A program made the translations under genes and the position numbers. The notes under the pieces were generated by a model that was given only the letters and a program-made list of their open reading frames with translations, made no database searches and was not told where the DNA came from. From Candidatus Obscuribacterales bacterium (GTDB taxonomy: Bacteria; Cyanobacteriota; Vampirovibrionia; Obscuribacterales; Obscuribacteraceae): a stretch of DNA of 64,000 nucleotides. Positions 44,072 to 55,275 of the stretch are shown here, one piece after another (position 1 is the first letter of the stretch; the number at the start of each line of letters is the position of its first letter). Where the stretch lies: positions 3,040,001-3,104,000 of the forward strand of contig CBDDIJ010000003.1 of NCBI GenBank assembly GCA_965228855.1. The letters run 5' to 3'.

Positions 44072-45508
44072 CTAGCGAAAATCGTGCTCAGCGCTCAAGA
44101 TAATGTGCGCCGCATCCATGTATGTGAGCACCTGTTTGGTCGGCGGACTTGCCGGTTCAGCCATAGCCGGCAATGAGAACCAGTCTCCGCGCTTTTGAGC
44201 GCGCAGAAGATTCACCGGTTTCTGACCGTCCAGTTTCACACCTGCCTTCTGCGCCCGGCTCTTCGCCTCAATCAGATTGGCAACCAGAGCGTAGGCTTCA
44301 CGATGCTCCATGTCCTCGCCTTCATAACGCGGCTTCGACGCGAAGCCTTGCTTGTGTTGGTCGGGGACCAGACCATAATCCATCAGGAGACGAACAGCTT
44401 CAGCCTCTTGCATATTAGTTCGCCCGGTCAACTTATGAGCGAGTATGTGATAGAACTCGCCTCTCGGCATCGCCTTTGCAGGATCAAGAACCGGGCGCGG
44501 CATCGCTCCACTCTTAATCAGCTCGCGAAAAGCGGCAAGACGATATCTGGAATTAACCGGGAAGTACTCATGGTACTGAGTCAGACATTGAAACTGCTCT
44601 TCGGTCATCTGATGAAACGGATAGAGACTGGCGCTGGTGACAGCCGTATCATGACAGGCTTTCATGAAATCCTTGATCTCAGGAGCGTGCGTCTTCATAC
44701 CGTCGCCGATAATGTGAATCTCAACATCCTGACGCCCACAAAGCTCGCGCACTTTTTTAATGGTGTCACGCGTGTAGGAATAAGCTTCCAGCTTCGCGTA
44801 TTTGCTGTTCCAATAATTCATCGGAGCAATAACATCGTAGTATTTGTCGAGCATTTTCCACGGAATGTTCGCGACTTGCGTGGCTTTGTTCAAAGGACTA
44901 AAAACAACTGCAATCATCGGATAGCTCTGTCCGAGTTCCGCTCGCAAAGCCTTGCTGATGCGCTCGACCTTCGCCGGATTCAAATCCTTCTCCATATTCG
45001 GCGCAATCGCGTCAAACGACTGTCCGGTTTTAGTGCGGAATCTTGCGGCATCAACCAACTTCTGAGCATCGGCTTCAGGATTGGCGAGTTCGAGAAAAGA
45101 CCAGGCAATCACACGGATTTTATAGTGGTGGCATCCATCGATCAAAGCGCTTAAAACTTCCGGTTGACGAATCGACTCGGTGTTGCTGCGCGAGGTTTGA
45201 ACAAACAGATTTCGAACGCCGGAATTGTGCAACTTAAGACAATAGGCATCGACGTTGTTAACCGGATAGCTCCAGATGTTCATCCAAACACCCGGTCCAT
45301 CGGCTAAACCGACCGGCGCGGCCGGACCGGCTGACGTGTGAGTAGTTCTATCCGCAGCGGCAGCCGGCGACGCTTGGGTCGCGAAAACAGTGGACGCTGC
45401 GAGAAGGGTCGAAACCCACCACTTACTCTTCATTTGCACCAGACTTCCTAGTAAAACCCGCTCAATATCACTATTTAAACCGCGTTTTCTCAAATGATCA
45501 AGAGTCAT
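44072..45508 (-). CDS. Secreted hypothetical protein, possible glycoside-hydrolase-like TIM barrel
   Basis: Signal-like segment; GVWMNIW, LFVQT, VIAWSF, DVIAPMNYW beta/alpha pattern. Confidence 0.55.
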   Translation of the reverse strand: MTLDHLRKRGLNSDIERVLLGSLVQMKSKWWVSTLLAASTVFATQASPAAAADRTTHTSAGPAAPVGLADGPGVWMNIWSYPVNNVDAYCLKLHNSGVRNLFVQTSRSNTESIRQPEVLSALIDGCHHYKIRVIAWSFLELANPEADAQKLVDAARFRTKTGQSFDAIAPNMEKDLNPAKVERISKALRAELGQSYPMIAVVFSPLNKATQVANIPWKMLDKYYDVIAPMNYWNSKYAKLEAYSYTRDTIKKVRELCGRQDVEIHIIGDGMKTHAPEIKDFMKACHDTAVTSASLYPFHQMTEEQFQCLTQYHEYFPVNSRYRLAAFRELIKSGAMPRPVLDPAKAMPRGEFYHILAHKLTGRTNMQEAEAVRLLMDYGLVPDQHKQGFASKPRYEGEDMEHREAYALVANLIEAKSRAQKAGVKLDGQKPVNLLRAQKRGDWFSLPAMAEPASPPTKQVLTYMDAAHIILSAEHDFR

Positions 45509-45745
45509 ATAAAATTATCTTCCCCACAAAAACGGCTGTTCATGCGGTTTACATATTAATTCGCAGATTAATTCGAATCTTTCGAACGATATAGGATCAC
45601 CCCACCGGTGGTGCGACCAAATGCCTCCATGTGCCCGCCCATGAAGGGTTCAACCGCCATCCAACATAGTAGTTTTAATGTTCTGGTGATATGCTTATAG
45701 GGGATTTCTGCAGACAGCCATCAGAAGAATCAGGACGATTGAAAT

Positions 45746-46324
45746 ATGCGGATGAAGGACGAGCACATTCAGAAAAAGCTTGTGGAGCTGGAAGCAGCAA
45801 TTCTGAAAGAATCGAAAGCCGATATCGTCACGCCTGAAGGCAAACAACAGACACGGCTCGTGACACCAGCAGAAGGGTCAAGCGAGTTGCAAACCTTACG
45901 CTCGCAATCCGAGTTGGACCCTGTACAGAAGTCGGACTTGCAGTTCTTCGGCGGCATTGGCTTGCTCCTCGTCGGATTGTTTCTCCTTTTCAATCATGTC
46001 CGCGTCACAAGCGGCTACGCCTCACTCTGGGGATGGTCCGGCAACAACATCGGCTATTTGATGTTGCCGTTTCTTCTGGGTGTCGGCTGGATTTTTTACA
46101 ATGCGAAAAGCGTTTGGGGATGGCTTATTTCGGCAGTAAGCCTGGTAATGATAGTATTCTCGATTATCAGCGGTCTGCGAATATGGTTTGCGCCTATATC
46201 AATGATTGATTTGATGATCATGCTCGTCCCATTCGCCATCGGTGCAGCCTGGGTGCTCAAAGGTATGGGCGGGCCAAAAGGCATTGACGAAGCCATACGC
46301 AAACAAATCGGTCGCAGCAAATAA
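45746..46324 (+). CDS. Hypothetical 4-TM membrane protein
   Basis: Four hydrophobic helices; PFLLGVGWIFYN. Confidence 0.75.
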   Translation: MRMKDEHIQKKLVELEAAILKESKADIVTPEGKQQTRLVTPAEGSSELQTLRSQSELDPVQKSDLQFFGGIGLLLVGLFLLFNHVRVTSGYASLWGWSGNNIGYLMLPFLLGVGWIFYNAKSVWGWLISAVSLVMIVFSIISGLRIWFAPISMIDLMIMLVPFAIGAAWVLKGMGGPKGIDEAIRKQIGRSK

Positions 46325-46327
46325 TTG

Positions 46328-46942
46328 ATGCAAAGGCTCTTTGTAGGCACATTCCTTTCCGACGATGGAATCGAACGGCTGGCGAAACTATCAGCAGACA
46401 ATAGAAGTTTAGGTGAAACCTGGAACGCGAAAATCCGCTGGACAAAAGGCGATAAGCTGCACATAACCTGGGTATTTCTAGGCGACGTCGACTCCGAGGC
46501 GATACCGGATGTGATATCAGCACTAAGAGGCGCTATCAGTTCCTTTACTTTGAAACAAAAACCGCTAACGCTACTCTACGACAGAATCGAGCTCTGGCCG
46601 AATGAAAAACAGGCTAGACTAGCGGTTCTCTCGCCAAGCTCAACACCGGATGACGTTTTTAAACTGGACGATGCAATTAAACGTGCTGTTGGAAAATTCA
46701 TCTCGCCGTCTCAGAAGCAACACGAGTTTAAAAACTTTCGACCGCACCTCACCCTTCTCCGGTTTGCCGATGGACAGCGCCGCCGCTCTCCAATACCAAA
46801 AACTACAGACTTCGAGAACGCAGACTCGCTAATGCCGATCGAACACGAAATCAGCGACGTTCATCTAATAGAAAGTACGACTCAGACAGATGCCCATCAG
46901 TACAAAAGTCTAGCAAGGTTTCAATTCAACCTGGATGGATAA
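46328..46942 (+). CDS. thpR: RNA 2',3'-cyclic phosphodiesterase (2H family)
   Basis: QRLFVG start; two HxT motifs, LHITWVFLG and FRPHLTL. Confidence 0.9.
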   Translation: MQRLFVGTFLSDDGIERLAKLSADNRSLGETWNAKIRWTKGDKLHITWVFLGDVDSEAIPDVISALRGAISSFTLKQKPLTLLYDRIELWPNEKQARLAVLSPSSTPDDVFKLDDAIKRAVGKFISPSQKQHEFKNFRPHLTLLRFADGQRRRSPIPKTTDFENADSLMPIEHEISDVHLIESTTQTDAHQYKSLARFQFNLDG

Positions 46943-46970
46943 ACAGAAAATCCGGGATAGAAAACGATTG

Positions 46971-48353
46971 CTATGGGCGCGGCGCCGACAACTCACCAGC
47001 ATGCTCCGGTCCAACCTCGATCGGTCCACGCAATGGAGGCAGCCCTTGTGGCGCTGTGGATGGAACGATTACCGATGGCACCACCTCTGTTGGTGACTTT
47101 GGCCCACTCTGCGGTTTCACTTCAAACATCACCACAGGCGCCTTCACGGGCGGTACTGGAGCATTAGCAGCCGGCTGAGAGGAACCCGGTTCTTCGTTCT
47201 TCGGCTCACCGGGTGGTGGCGTATATGGTACTCCTTGAATTACGACTGGTTTACGTTCTGGTGTCGCTGATGGTGTCGGATTGGCTGGTAGCGGTTTTCC
47301 CTGAACGGTTAGATGAGGCTGCAAAATAGTTTCAGGCGGCGGCTCCGCTACCGCAGGAGTTTCCTTATAGTCGCCCCAACTCCTGGATTGCTTGTCCATT
47401 GAATTCAGTTTGTAAGCAATTGCCTCGTTGCGATGACGGTCCTTAGTCCATAGAAACGTCTTCCAGTCGAAGTGCACGGGGTCTGTGTGATCGCCTTGCT
47501 GAGCGTACCTGTGCGTGATGATATTTTCGCTCTGCACGCCGTAGCGATCTTGCAGGTAGGTGACCAGTCGAATCACTGATTGCAGTTGTGCATCAGGATA
47601 TTCCTGGCTTCCAGTGTGATTCATCTCAATGCCGATACTGTTGTCGTTGTTGATACCTGGAAGCGTTTTCAGAATATTGATGTGAACCGTTGCTAGATCC
47701 GGATCGACGGATTGAATGATAGAGCCATCACGGTCGACCACGTATTGCGCACCAGGATGCCGGCGCCCCATAGAACTCCAGCTTTCAATCACTCGAACGC
47801 CGCTCACCGGAACGCCAGTTTCAGTCGAATGCATAATGATGTACTTTACCGGCTCGCGACGCCAGAAGATCCCGCCGCGCAGCGGATGGTGCTTCACCAC
47901 CCCGGCCCTTACCAGTGTACGAGCTGGATACTTGTCAGCGATACCGCGCGCAAAAGCGCTCTTCACTTCGTAGGCTTGATCCTCATCGAGCGGAGAAGCA
48001 TCGAAATCAGGTGCCTTCATCATGAACATCTCGACGGGGTAAGCATAGCGCGGTTTATGCGCGACGTGGTGGTGATGATGGGCCGCGTGATGCTTGCTAT
48101 GCTTGCTGTGCTTACCATGCTTGCTGTGAGCAACTTCGTGACGCCCGCCGGATCTCCCGCGCGAAGATGAGGTTCGCGAGGATTTCGATGAAGAGCGCGA
48201 AGATTTCGAAGATTTGGCGTGAGAAGATGATTTACTCGCGGCGCTTTTCTTGCGAGCCTCAGACGGTAAATCCAGGCTGAATCCGAGTGCCACCACTAGT
48301 AGCACTATCAGAAAGACGAGTCTCTGGATATACGATCGGCAACGTCCGGACAC
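46971..48353 (-). CDS. N-acetylmuramoyl-L-alanine amidase (Amidase_2/AmpD-like) with Ser/Lys- and His-rich N-terminus
   Basis: IIMHSTE, AQYVVDRDG, NDNSIGIEM, ITHRY...HTDP. Confidence 0.88.
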   Translation of the reverse strand: MSGRCRSYIQRLVFLIVLLVVALGFSLDLPSEARKKSAASKSSSHAKSSKSSRSSSKSSRTSSSRGRSGGRHEVAHSKHGKHSKHSKHHAAHHHHHVAHKPRYAYPVEMFMMKAPDFDASPLDEDQAYEVKSAFARGIADKYPARTLVRAGVVKHHPLRGGIFWRREPVKYIIMHSTETGVPVSGVRVIESWSSMGRRHPGAQYVVDRDGSIIQSVDPDLATVHINILKTLPGINNDNSIGIEMNHTGSQEYPDAQLQSVIRLVTYLQDRYGVQSENIITHRYAQQGDHTDPVHFDWKTFLWTKDRHRNEAIAYKLNSMDKQSRSWGDYKETPAVAEPPPETILQPHLTVQGKPLPANPTPSATPERKPVVIQGVPYTPPPGEPKNEEPGSSQPAANAPVPPVKAPVVMFEVKPQSGPKSPTEVVPSVIVPSTAPQGLPPLRGPIEVGPEHAGELSAPRP

Positions 48354-48485
48354 CTGCGCCCTCCAAACCTAGTATTTGCCAGGAAAGTACCACGATTGCA
48401 CACTCCTTGCAATCCATTTTATTCTGCCTGAGAACAATTTGCACGGTCAGTCTATACAACGGACGCCAAGAGCATATCTAACGCA

Positions 48486-49700
48486 TTAGTCGATCCAGCC
48501 GCCACCAAGGATGACATCATCGGCTTCGTCGTAAACGCCCAGGACCTGCCCCGGCGTAATCGCGGGTTGCGGTTCATCAAAGACGACGCGAACGCGGTTG
48601 CCTTCCATCGGATAGATGGTCGCTTCTTCCGTCGGGCTGTTATAGCGGATCTTCGCGCGCGCGAGGAATGTGCCAACCGGAGCGGTCGGCATAATCCAGT
48701 TAACGTCGCTTGCTGTCAGTTCCTTTCGCAGCAATGCTTCTTTGGGACCGGCATAGACGACTCTTGTATCAGGGTCGACGTTGGTCACGTACAGCGGCTC
48801 GGGATGAGCAATTCCAAGCCCCTTGCGCTGACCAATAGTGTAATTGTGCGTGCCTTTGTGATAACCCAAAATTTCCAGGGTTTCGCAATGGATGATGGGA
48901 CCTGGCTTCTCCACGATGAAATTGGCAAGATACTGCTGCGGCGTGGTGCCAATTGGAATGAAACACAAATCCTGACTATCAGGTCGATTTGCTGTAGCCA
49001 ACTTCTGCGAATTGGCGATATTGCGTATTTCGTCCTTCGTGTAGTCACCGAGCGGCAGAAGCGTGGCGTCAAGCTGCTCCATCGTCAGACCCCAGAGAAC
49101 ATACGACTGATCTTTCTTCGGATCACGAGCCCGGCCGAGGCGCTTACCATCAGGTGTTTGAATAACGCGAGCATAATGTCCGGTCGCAACATAAGTAGCG
49201 TCCAAATGTTTACGCCCATAGTTCAACAACGCGCCCCATTTGATCACGGTGTTGCAAACACTGCATGGCAGCGGCGTTCTACCTTTCGAATAGGATTGAT
49301 GGAATTGGTCGATCACTTCGGATTTAAACAGCTCGCGCAAATCCACGGCATGATGCTCAATGCCGAGCTGTTCGCAAACCCGCGCGGCGTCAACCATACC
49401 CGTATCGCAACAGCGACTGCCTGATTTGATCAGCCAGCCCGTTACACCGATGATATCGTAGCCCTGTTCCATAAGAAGGTAAGCGGTCGCGCTCGAATCG
49501 ACGCCTCCGCTCATACAAACGGCGACACGCGTTTTATTCTTCGGCACAGGCGAAGCTTTTTTCTTACCGGCTTGTTTGGCGATTCTTTCAACATCCTCAG
49601 GAGTTGGCATCGGCTGCGCCACCACGGGACAAACAGCCCCTTCCTGCTCGTCGTCACGAACCGGCGCATCCAGTACAAGTTGTTTATCCTTGTCGCTCAT
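48486..49700 (-). CDS. mnmA: tRNA-specific 2-thiouridylase
   Basis: MSGGVDSS, ATGHYAR, KDQSYVL, DSQDLCF, YTIGQRKGL, AITPGQ. Confidence 0.97.
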   Translation of the reverse strand: MSDKDKQLVLDAPVRDDEQEGAVCPVVAQPMPTPEDVERIAKQAGKKKASPVPKNKTRVAVCMSGGVDSSATAYLLMEQGYDIIGVTGWLIKSGSRCCDTGMVDAARVCEQLGIEHHAVDLRELFKSEVIDQFHQSYSKGRTPLPCSVCNTVIKWGALLNYGRKHLDATYVATGHYARVIQTPDGKRLGRARDPKKDQSYVLWGLTMEQLDATLLPLGDYTKDEIRNIANSQKLATANRPDSQDLCFIPIGTTPQQYLANFIVEKPGPIIHCETLEILGYHKGTHNYTIGQRKGLGIAHPEPLYVTNVDPDTRVVYAGPKEALLRKELTASDVNWIMPTAPVGTFLARAKIRYNSPTEEATIYPMEGNRVRVVFDEPQPAITPGQVLGVYDEADDVILGGGWID

Positions 49701-49839
49701 AGGTCTTCCCTTCGCCCGAGCCGCTACTCGAGGTGTTTAGAACAAGAAACGCCAGGCGAAGCCTGACGGAATATTGATTCTACTACAAACCACGCTTATT
49801 TTTATTGACAACCATGCGTTTGTAAACCGCCGCCAACCA

Positions 49840-51324
49840 CTAAATACTCAGCAGGTTGAGCCGCAACTTAGCCTTCGATATGTTTAAACCGCTCGGCGCG
49901 CTATCAATGTAGCTTTGATACTCTTGCTTAGCCTCTTTCTGCTTGTTCAGCTTCTCGAGGCAGATTGCCCGGTTGTAATGAAACACCGGATACTTGCCCA
50001 TCGACTGAGCGATTGCAAGTTTGTACTCCTGGTCGGCGTTGGCAAATTGGCCTTTTTGCTTAAACACAATCGCCCGCAGGTTGTGCACCAGAGGACATAC
50101 GGAGTTCTGAGCCCGAGCAGACGCAATCGCCTTGACGCACTCTTTGTCGCAGGACACAAAATCCCCTTTGGCGCGGTAAGCCTGGGCGAGGTTGTAATTC
50201 GCCTGATAGAGCTTGCCTTTGCTGAACTTAATCGCGTTTTTGTAAGCAGCGATCGCCTCATCATACTTGGAGGGACCTATCTGCGACAGACTTAAACCGT
50301 AGTTATTCCATAGTATGGGATCCTTCGAAGATCCGCCTTTCAAGAGCTTCTCGAACTCTTTCACGACATTGCCCATGCGCTGCTCGATTATTCCAGCCGT
50401 TCCCATTTTCTGATCAAACAGGCTTGCAGAGCTGGACATGCCGGCTGCAAAATTTGTCTTACCAAGCATCGGCGGCCCGGCGTCCGCGGAGGCCAGGGTA
50501 TTATTTACGGGAGGAACGGCTGCCGGAGCGCTCATTGCAACCGTGGTCGTCTCAGGTCCCCTGCGCATCTGCTCTTTCAAACGAGCGATTTTTTCGCGTG
50601 TATCATCGGCATAATCTTTGCGATCTTCGTACTTGAGCGAATCTTCGTACGCCTTGATTGCCTCCGGATACTTCTCGCGAGCCGCTTCGAGCAGTCCAAG
50701 ATGGTAGTAGGCAAGCGCATAATCCGGCTTCAACTTGATCGCGTATTTAATCTCACGCTCAGCGTCATTGAACTTTTTCAAACAAAAGTAGGTCGCCCCA
50801 AGCCCGTTGTGAGCCGCGGGAAAGTCCGGGCGTAAATCAATCGACTTGATGTAGTGCTCTCTGGCTTTCTCGTAATTTTTCTGGTCCCGCAATACGTTGG
50901 CATAGTTGTATTGAATTTCTGCGTCCTTGCCCTGCGAGAGGTCCAGCGCCAAACGGTACAGACCGGTAGCCTTATCTAGCTTGCGTTGTTGGTGGCGGAC
51001 GGCTCCGAGATTTGTAATCGAGGGGACGAAACCGGGCTCGAGTTCAATCGCATTCATATAAGCCTCGGCGGCTTTGTCGAGATTTCCTTCCCTATAGTAG
51101 GTCAGCCCGATATTGTTCCAGGCCTCGTGACACTTGGGCTCCAGCTCCGTTGCTCGAACGAAGTTCTGCCGAGCCTCGGCCAGCTTGCCTTCACGCAGTA
51201 AAGCCGTCCCCCGGCCCAATTGCTCGGCGACCTCGGGAGTGTACGACGACTCATCCGCGTACGCCGCCGGTACAGCGGCGGAAAGCGTGACCACTAACGA
51301 TAGAGTTAGGAAAAGTTTTAACAA
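49840..51324 (-). CDS. Secreted TPR protein
   Basis: Signal peptide (AYA|D), multiple TPRs. Confidence 0.88.
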   Translation of the reverse strand: MLKLFLTLSLVVTLSAAVPAAYADESSYTPEVAEQLGRGTALLREGKLAEARQNFVRATELEPKCHEAWNNIGLTYYREGNLDKAAEAYMNAIELEPGFVPSITNLGAVRHQQRKLDKATGLYRLALDLSQGKDAEIQYNYANVLRDQKNYEKAREHYIKSIDLRPDFPAAHNGLGATYFCLKKFNDAEREIKYAIKLKPDYALAYYHLGLLEAAREKYPEAIKAYEDSLKYEDRKDYADDTREKIARLKEQMRRGPETTTVAMSAPAAVPPVNNTLASADAGPPMLGKTNFAAGMSSSASLFDQKMGTAGIIEQRMGNVVKEFEKLLKGGSSKDPILWNNYGLSLSQIGPSKYDEAIAAYKNAIKFSKGKLYQANYNLAQAYRAKGDFVSCDKECVKAIASARAQNSVCPLVHNLRAIVFKQKGQFANADQEYKLAIAQSMGKYPVFHYNRAICLEKLNKQKEAKQEYQSYIDSAPSGLNISKAKLRLNLLSI

Positions 51325-51511
51325 AAGGTAGAGGTTCCGAATTCAGTACTGATTCTATTAGTAAATTGTATATGAGAAAAGTAGGCGGTTTTGCAATAGG
51401 AAATATCCTGACCTCTGACGTGGTCCTCTTGCATGGCCTTGTGTTACCATTAGAAATTCGCCCAAATTAGCGCCAGATGACGATCTTGCTGGACGGCGGG
51501 CAAAGAATACC

Positions 51512-54500
51512 ATGGCAATAATCCCAGAAACGACCCAAATTGCGACGGACAAAGACGCCCCGCAGAACAATGCTCGGAAACCCAGTATGCGTGACAATCC
51601 ACTAGCCAATGCGCTGCACCAAGTTTTTATCAACAGTCCTAACTATGCGCGTCTGTTAGCAAGGACAGCAAAACAGGCGCAGACGGAGTTGAATCTGGCA
51701 GGTCTGACCGATTCTGCCAAAACGCTCGTTATGACTGTGCTCCAGCACGAGATTCGCCGCCCGATGTTTCTCGTGGTCGCCGACAACCATTCCGGTGCGT
51801 TTTTCCACCAGGAATTAAACAATTTGAGCCGGTACCCGGTTTTTCTTTATCCGTCGTCAGAAGTGTCACCGTACGAACAGGTGCTGTCGAGCCCTGACAA
51901 CGTAGCTTCGCAACTCGAAGTCCTGCAGAACGTTTCACAACAGCAGCAACCGTATGTGGTGGTGGTGACTGCGCGCGCATTGATGCAGCGAGTGCTCGCA
52001 CCGGACGTGCTGGCGAAAAACACTCTCGAGTTGAAAGCCGGCGATGCATACGACACAACAGCTCTGGCGAACAAGCTGGCCAGGCTCGGCTACACTCGCG
52101 AAGCCATGGTTACGTTGCGCGGTGAGTTTAGCATCCGAGGCGATATCATCGACATCTTCCCGTCGAGCGGCTCACCAGTTCGAATCGAGCTATTCGGTGA
52201 CGAGGTTGAATCGGTCCGCGTATTTAATATCGACAATCAACGTTCTGTAGAACCGCGTAATTCCGTAATCATTCCACCGAGATGGTGGATTATTCTGGAC
52301 AGCGATGAGGAAGAGAGATCGAAACTTGTGGCTCGGCTTCGCGAAGTCACGAACGAACGTATTAAAGAACTGGATGATTCGCGTGCGGATACATTGCGCT
52401 CGGTCATGGAAAACGACCTGGTTAGTCTGGCTTCAGGAGCCTATCCGGAGTCAGTTGAATACTATGCTCCTTACGTTCACGAGCAATTCGCGACTCTGTT
52501 CGACTACCTTCCCCAAGATGCTTTGATTGCATTTGATGAATGGGATTCAATCGAACAAAGCTTGCGAAGCTACGAAGAGAAACTGCAAAAGGCTTACGAC
52601 GAGGGTTTGGAAACTGGTCGACTGTTGCCGCTCCCGCGACCATTGCACATGCCTGCAGATCAAGTTCTCCTCTCATCAAAGTCGAATCAAAGAGTGTTTC
52701 TCTCCAGTCTGCCCGTCTTCGAAGAAAGCGAGAAGATGGCTGTCGTCGAATTTCAAGCGAAACCAGTCGATAAGTTCGGCAATCAGATGAACGTGCTCAT
52801 CCAAAAGATCAAAGACTGGCAACGTGAAGGAAAGCGGGTCGTCATCTCGACTGAGCAGCCTCAGCGTCTCATGGGTATCATGAAGGAATGGGACTGCTCA
52901 TCGAAATACGTGCCTGGTCCAAACGACGCTACCGTCATACGTGGCACCACAGACAGTGCCGCAAACATTAGTGATGAAACCGCACCGGCTTCCGATGTGG
53001 CCCTGAAAGAATCAGTTATGATGCGCCATCTGGAAGCATTGAAATCTGGTGACAATGCTGTCTGGGTAACTCGTCACGGTTTCATTCACGGTTTTACCCT
53101 CGAAGCCGAGGGCTTGGTTTCAATCACAGACGGCGAGATGTTCGGGTTGAAACGCAAACCGACAGTGTACAGGCGCCCGGTCGCGGAGAAAAACTACGAA
53201 CGTTTCACATCCGTTGCCGATCTCAAAATTGACGATTATGTAGTTCACTTGAAGCAGGGAATCGGTCAATTCGTCGGCGTTCAGCGAATCGTGGTCGACA
53301 ACCAGCATCGCGAGTATCTGACCATTCAATACTCCGGTGACGACAGGCTGTACGTACCCGTTGATCAGATAAACATGTTGTCGCGATACCGTGGCGCAGG
53401 AGAACACAAGCCGCGCCTATCGCGTCTGGGCGGCGCTGAATGGGAATCGACGAAGAAGCGTGTGAAACGATCGGTGAAGCAAATCGCCGAAGATCTCGTC
53501 AATCTTTACGCCATGCGTGCGAAGCAAGAAGGCTTCCAGTGCGTACCGGACACCCCCTGGCAGTACGAGATGGAAGAAGCGTTTCCTTTTGAAGAAACTC
53601 CGGACCAGTGGCAGGCAATCGTTGATGTAAAAAACGATCTGGAGTCGGCAAAACCGATGGATCGATTGGTTTGCGGAGACGTGGGTTTTGGAAAAACCGA
53701 AGTAGCAATTCGCGGTATTTTCAAAACAGTGATGTCCGGCCGGCAAGCTGCAATTCTGGTGCCAACGACAATTCTCGCGCAGCAGCACTTCAATAATATT
53801 GCAGAGCGCTTTGCGGCGTTTCCAATCAGAGTCGGCTTGTTGAGCCGTTTCCGCAGCGCTAAAGAACAGCGCGATGTTGTTCGCAGACTGGCGACCGGCG
53901 AATGCGATGTGGTTGTTGGAACGCACCGCATGCTTCAAAAAGACATAGCGTTCAAAGATCTCGGCTTGGTTGTAATCGACGAAGAGCACAGATTCGGTGT
54001 CGGTCACAAAGAGAAGTTGAAACAATTACGCGTGATGGTCGACGTGCTCACAATGTCAGCGACACCTATTCCGAGAACGCTTCACATGGCGCTCTCCGGA
54101 GCTCGCGATATGTCGCTGATCCACACGCCTCCCATCAATAGATCTCCAGTTAAAACATTTGTCGGCGAGTTTAAGCTACCACTTGTTCGCACCGCGATCC
54201 TTCACGAGATGGAACGTGGCGGACAGATCTACTTCCTGCATAATCGTGTGGAAACGATCGAGCAGATGGTTTATGAACTGAAGCAGCTCGTTCCCGAAGC
54301 GCGCATCATCTACGGTCACGGACAGATGGGCGAGCGTGAGTTGGAAAACGTTATGCTCTCGTTCATGGCGCACGAATTCGACATACTGGTTTGCACCACG
54401 ATTATCGAATCCGGTCTCGACATTCCGAATACAAACACGATCATTATCAATGAAGCCGATCGCTTTGGTCTGGCTCAGTTGTATCAGTTGAGAGGTCGCG

Positions 54501-55261
54501 TCGGCCGGTCCGACGTTCAAGCCTATTGCTACTGCTTATACAAACCGCAGAAAGTAATTACAGAACTAGCTCAAAGTCGCTTAAAGGCAATTCGCGAATT
54601 CACATCGCTTGGATCCGGCTATCAGATTGCCTTGCGCGATATGGAAATCCGCGGCGTTGGAAACATTCTGGGCGGAGAACAGCATGGACACATGGTTTCC
54701 GTTGGATTCGATCTTTATTGCAAACTGTTGGAAGAATCAGTTTCAGAACTGAAAGGTGCTAATGTTTCAAGAGAATCGGACAGCCAGATCGATATCAACG
54801 TAACCGCATACATTCCTGAAACGTACATTCAAGACAACCAGCAAAGACTGCTTGAATACAAGCGACTCGCCGATGTAAGAAATGAGCACGAGCTGGTGCG
54901 CTTGATGGAAGAATGGAAGGATCGTTTTGGAACGGTTCCGGTGGAAGCAGTTCAACTAACCAAAGTAATCAAGCTGCGGTTGTTGGCGACCCAGGCAGGT
55001 GTCTCTCACATCAAGCCTGACATGCAATCCGGACTGCGGCTATCCGTCGCATATAGACTGCAACAGTGGCTGCCTATTCAAAATAACTTGCCGAAACACC
55101 TCGCGCGAGTGACAACTTATAAACCTGGTATCGCCGGTGGTCAAGGTTCAAGTCCGTACATCATAGTGAAGGCGGATGGTACGGCACCCGAAGACCAACT
55201 CAATTTGCTAGAAGAACTGCTTAGTGCTATGGTTGCAAATTGTCAGCCAAACGCCGTTTAA
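51512..55261 (+). CDS. mfd: Transcription-repair coupling factor
   Basis: GEFSIRGDIIDIF, RID domain, CGDVGFGKTEVA, DEEHRFG, SATPIPRT, QLRGRVGRS, TRG motif. Confidence 0.98.
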   Translation: MAIIPETTQIATDKDAPQNNARKPSMRDNPLANALHQVFINSPNYARLLARTAKQAQTELNLAGLTDSAKTLVMTVLQHEIRRPMFLVVADNHSGAFFHQELNNLSRYPVFLYPSSEVSPYEQVLSSPDNVASQLEVLQNVSQQQQPYVVVVTARALMQRVLAPDVLAKNTLELKAGDAYDTTALANKLARLGYTREAMVTLRGEFSIRGDIIDIFPSSGSPVRIELFGDEVESVRVFNIDNQRSVEPRNSVIIPPRWWIILDSDEEERSKLVARLREVTNERIKELDDSRADTLRSVMENDLVSLASGAYPESVEYYAPYVHEQFATLFDYLPQDALIAFDEWDSIEQSLRSYEEKLQKAYDEGLETGRLLPLPRPLHMPADQVLLSSKSNQRVFLSSLPVFEESEKMAVVEFQAKPVDKFGNQMNVLIQKIKDWQREGKRVVISTEQPQRLMGIMKEWDCSSKYVPGPNDATVIRGTTDSAANISDETAPASDVALKESVMMRHLEALKSGDNAVWVTRHGFIHGFTLEAEGLVSITDGEMFGLKRKPTVYRRPVAEKNYERFTSVADLKIDDYVVHLKQGIGQFVGVQRIVVDNQHREYLTIQYSGDDRLYVPVDQINMLSRYRGAGEHKPRLSRLGGAEWESTKKRVKRSVKQIAEDLVNLYAMRAKQEGFQCVPDTPWQYEMEEAFPFEETPDQWQAIVDVKNDLESAKPMDRLVCGDVGFGKTEVAIRGIFKTVMSGRQAAILVPTTILAQQHFNNIAERFAAFPIRVGLLSRFRSAKEQRDVVRRLATGECDVVVGTHRMLQKDIAFKDLGLVVIDEEHRFGVGHKEKLKQLRVMVDVLTMSATPIPRTLHMALSGARDMSLIHTPPINRSPVKTFVGEFKLPLVRTAILHEMERGGQIYFLHNRVETIEQMVYELKQLVPEARIIYGHGQMGERELENVMLSFMAHEFDILVCTTIIESGLDIPNTNTIIINEADRFGLAQLYQLRGRVGRSDVQAYCYCLYKPQKVITELAQSRLKAIREFTSLGSGYQIALRDMEIRGVGNILGGEQHGHMVSVGFDLYCKLLEESVSELKGANVSRESDSQIDINVTAYIPETYIQDNQQRLLEYKRLADVRNEHELVRLMEEWKDRFGTVPVEAVQLTKVIKLRLLATQAGVSHIKPDMQSGLRLSVAYRLQQWLPIQNNLPKHLARVTTYKPGIAGGQGSSPYIIVKADGTAPEDQLNLLEELLSAMVANCQPNAV

Positions 55262-55275
55262 AGTGAGGACAAAAA

